Assembly (NCBI GenBank): GCA_905178155.1
Contig: CAJINV010000001.1
Coordinates: 4,426,233 to 4,490,232, forward strand
Reading direction: 5' to 3'
From: Amoebophrya sp. A120
Lineage: Eukaryota; Protista; Dinoflagellata
Length of the DNA: 64,000 nt
The translations under genes were made by a program, and so were the position numbers. Positions 62,001 through 64,000 of this stretch are shown here, piece after piece (position 1 is the stretch's first letter; each line of letters opens with the position of its first letter). The notes under the pieces are model-generated. The model searched no databases and had not been told where the DNA came from. It worked only from the letters and a program-made list of their open reading frames with translations.

Positions 62001-64000
62001 CCCTTTGCCCTTAATATTTGCAGGCCCGCCGATTTTGCTGCGGTCGCCGAAACCCCCGAACCCGAAGCCACCGCCGAACCCGAACGGGTTGGGCGGCGCA
62101 GACATGTTGGACAACACTTTCCGCGTCGCGTCCAATAGCTCGTACTGCATTTTCGCTTGCGTCGAGTTCTCCAGCGTCATTACGATCGAGCTACTACTCG
62201 TTCCGGTCTGCATCGTCTCCAGCTCTTCAGCAATGATTCTGGTCTCCGACACCGACGTTGTCCCAGACGACGATCCGCTTTTTGTACTAGCTGTATCAAC
62301 TACCGCTCCATTGCTATTTTTACCGGCGCCCGTAACTGGTTTTATACTACTCTCTGCACTTCGCAGCGCGACCATCCGGCGGCCCTCGCGTGGCTTCTTC
62401 GTGAAGCAGGGCTGACACACTAACCCTGCTTCCTTCAACGCCAGGAGCTCGTGTCGATGGTGCCACCCACCTTTCGGCACGCGGTAGATATCCGGGTCCT
62501 CCCCTTTCGCCACGTTAGCAGCGTGCTCCGCCTCGTAGCACTTTCGGCAGACGTAATAGCCCACATCGTTCGCCTTCTCGCACACCTTGCAGTGCATCAA
62601 GGAGATAAAGAACGGGATCTGCGCCCGCGCGTTCTTTTCGTTCTCTTCGTCGCTGGAGGAAATCATGTCTTCGTCGTCGCTGCTGTTAACAAAGTGCCGA
62701 GACTCCACCCCCGTTGCCTCGTAAACCCAACTTCTGGTCACGCGGTTTCGCCGCCGCTCGCGCGTGTAGTGTCGCCCCTTCGACTTTTTCCTTCCCGCCA
62801 ACTCCTTCTTTCCACTCCGCGCCGCGGCGGCGAGCTTGCGCGCGAGTTTCGACTGCTTTTTCCGCTCCACCCACGCCTGAATGCGCGCTTTCCAGTACTC
62901 GTCGTGCCCTTCGCGCACGTTCGTTTCACACCTTGCGCACTTCATTTCCTCGGCGTCGTCGTCGTTGGACGGAATGGAAAAGCTTTGCAGCTGCTGCCCC
63001 TCGGGGCAAAACACCAGCGTGCTGGGCTGCTGGTTGCGCCAGACAAAAAAAGCGTCATCCTTCTCTTCGTTCGTCAGTCGCACGTCCTCCGGAAGCAAAG
63101 CCTCCACACGACGGTAGTTGCGGTAGGGGAGTTGCCCGATCCGCTCGCCGAGCAGACCGCCAATCAGCGTCCGGTCTTCTCCCTCTTCGTCCCCGTGCTC
63201 CCGCTGGATCACGTTGGCATACCGGTCCGGGTCGTAGGTCGCGGGGGTGAGTATGATGGTCTTCGTGTTGACAAAATCATTGTAATTTGCGTTATCCGCA
63301 AAGTGGTGTTTCTCGCGCAGCCTCTCCGGGTTTGCGAAAAACTGGTTTCCTCTCCCCACGGACTCCAACTGGTCGCCCATCTCCCGGAGGCGCAAAGAGG
63401 CCAAAAACCCGAAGCTCGGGGGCCGCGCAAGAGCGGGCAGACAGCGGACCGCGGTCGCGACTTCGGACTCCTCGTGCTGCAACGGGAGGAACCCCATGCT
63501 GATTTTGTCGTTCGGCTGCGTCTCGAGCCTTCGCCGGACACTGATCCGCCCGAGCTCCAAAAGCGTCGCTGCTTCCAAGTCCAGTGCGTCGTGGTCGATT
63601 TTCTTCGCATCTAGCACGGGTAACAGATTTCCCCGCACCTGGCCGCAGCGAAGCAGGTCCAGCGCCATCCCCGTCCCCGTGCGGCCGAGGAAGGGGTCCG
63701 CATACAGGCCGCTCGTCCGCGCGTGCAGGTGCGCGAGAAAGAGCCATGCAACACGCTCCTTCTGCGCATGCAGCGTTTGCAGCTCTCGCTTGACGGTGTA
63801 GCGAAACAGCGGCGGCTGGCGCAGATTTTCCAGGTCCACCTCAACCCCGGCCGGGGAGCACCAAGCCCCGGCGAACTCGTGCACGGCCGCTTCGGCCAGC
63901 AGGAATTCCTGCTCCTCGCGGGCTCTCTTTTTCACTCTCTGCAGTTCCAACCACTCGGTTTCGGTCAACTTCACTTTTTTCTTCTTTTTCTTCTGCTTGC
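53057..64000 (-). CDS. giant DUF3638/DUF3645 P-loop (helicase-like) protein, 5' end beyond the window
   Basis: YPEFLAYEID, QLIMGGGKTAVIAP, TVPEHRLSL, DVLDESDEIL...YQLIY, KRWRVDFG, MAVPFRAKD...RTEFGHPD, TTGFSGTDD, YLDDVHTRGSDF, QACMRMR, DEEQERELE. At least 6 exons, joined across three introners and GT-AG introns at about 57665-58076 and 53825-53959. Confidence 0.9.
53487..53748. mobile_element. introner, family A (262 bp, same orientation as the 6125 copy)
   Basis: Family A TIRs. Direct repeat GATCC. Removal gives ALWD-LMFEEENL. Confidence 0.9.
54505..54810. mobile_element. introner, family B (306 bp)
   Basis: TIR of about 50 bp, TATGGAAATGTCAGAATCGAAAT..CAAAATCGAAAAATTTGCGATGC and its mirror. 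Direct repeat TCCGT. Removal gives GADG-ERLPEEILRSIAVENVY. Confidence 0.92.
60352..60631. mobile_element. introner, family E (280 bp; termini related to family D)
   Basis: TATCCTATGTAAAAACGTACCCAC ... GTGGATACGTTTTTACTCAGGATA. Flanks GTAGC/GCAGC. Removal gives NAL-LGYAKECWDNEKSLRPD. Confidence 0.88.

Noticed and set aside
56296-63614. Long plus-strand ORFs (e.g. 58125-59321, 62451-63614)
   Set aside because: Antisense shadows of GC3-rich minus-strand exons, with no motifs of their own.

Overview
Eukaryotic genomic DNA with about 18 intron-containing genes, all on the minus strand. Recognisable products are a COPI-associated membrane protein, a helical-repeat (HPR/RAP-like) protein, a ZSWIM7-like protein, an alpha/beta hydrolase, a TMTC-type O-mannosyltransferase, a dynamin-related GTPase, a MORN5-like protein with nine IQ-like repeats, a QSOX, two tandem paralog pairs and a giant DUF3638/DUF3645 protein running off the right edge. 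The main signal is at least 16 inverted-repeat insertions of 150-310 bp inside coding sequence. Twelve begin TAT, end ATA (one GTA) and carry a 5-bp direct repeat. They belong to several TIR families and occur in both orientations. Removing each one plus one direct repeat restores the reading frame, and in most cases no GT-AG placement exists. This matches the non-canonical introner elements and co-oriented gene blocks known from the parasitic dinoflagellate Amoebophrya; the taxon is inferred, not shown. A 2.7-kb GC-rich, homopolymer-biased block (10065-12775) looks garbled. Coordinates were counted by hand and may be off by a few bases.
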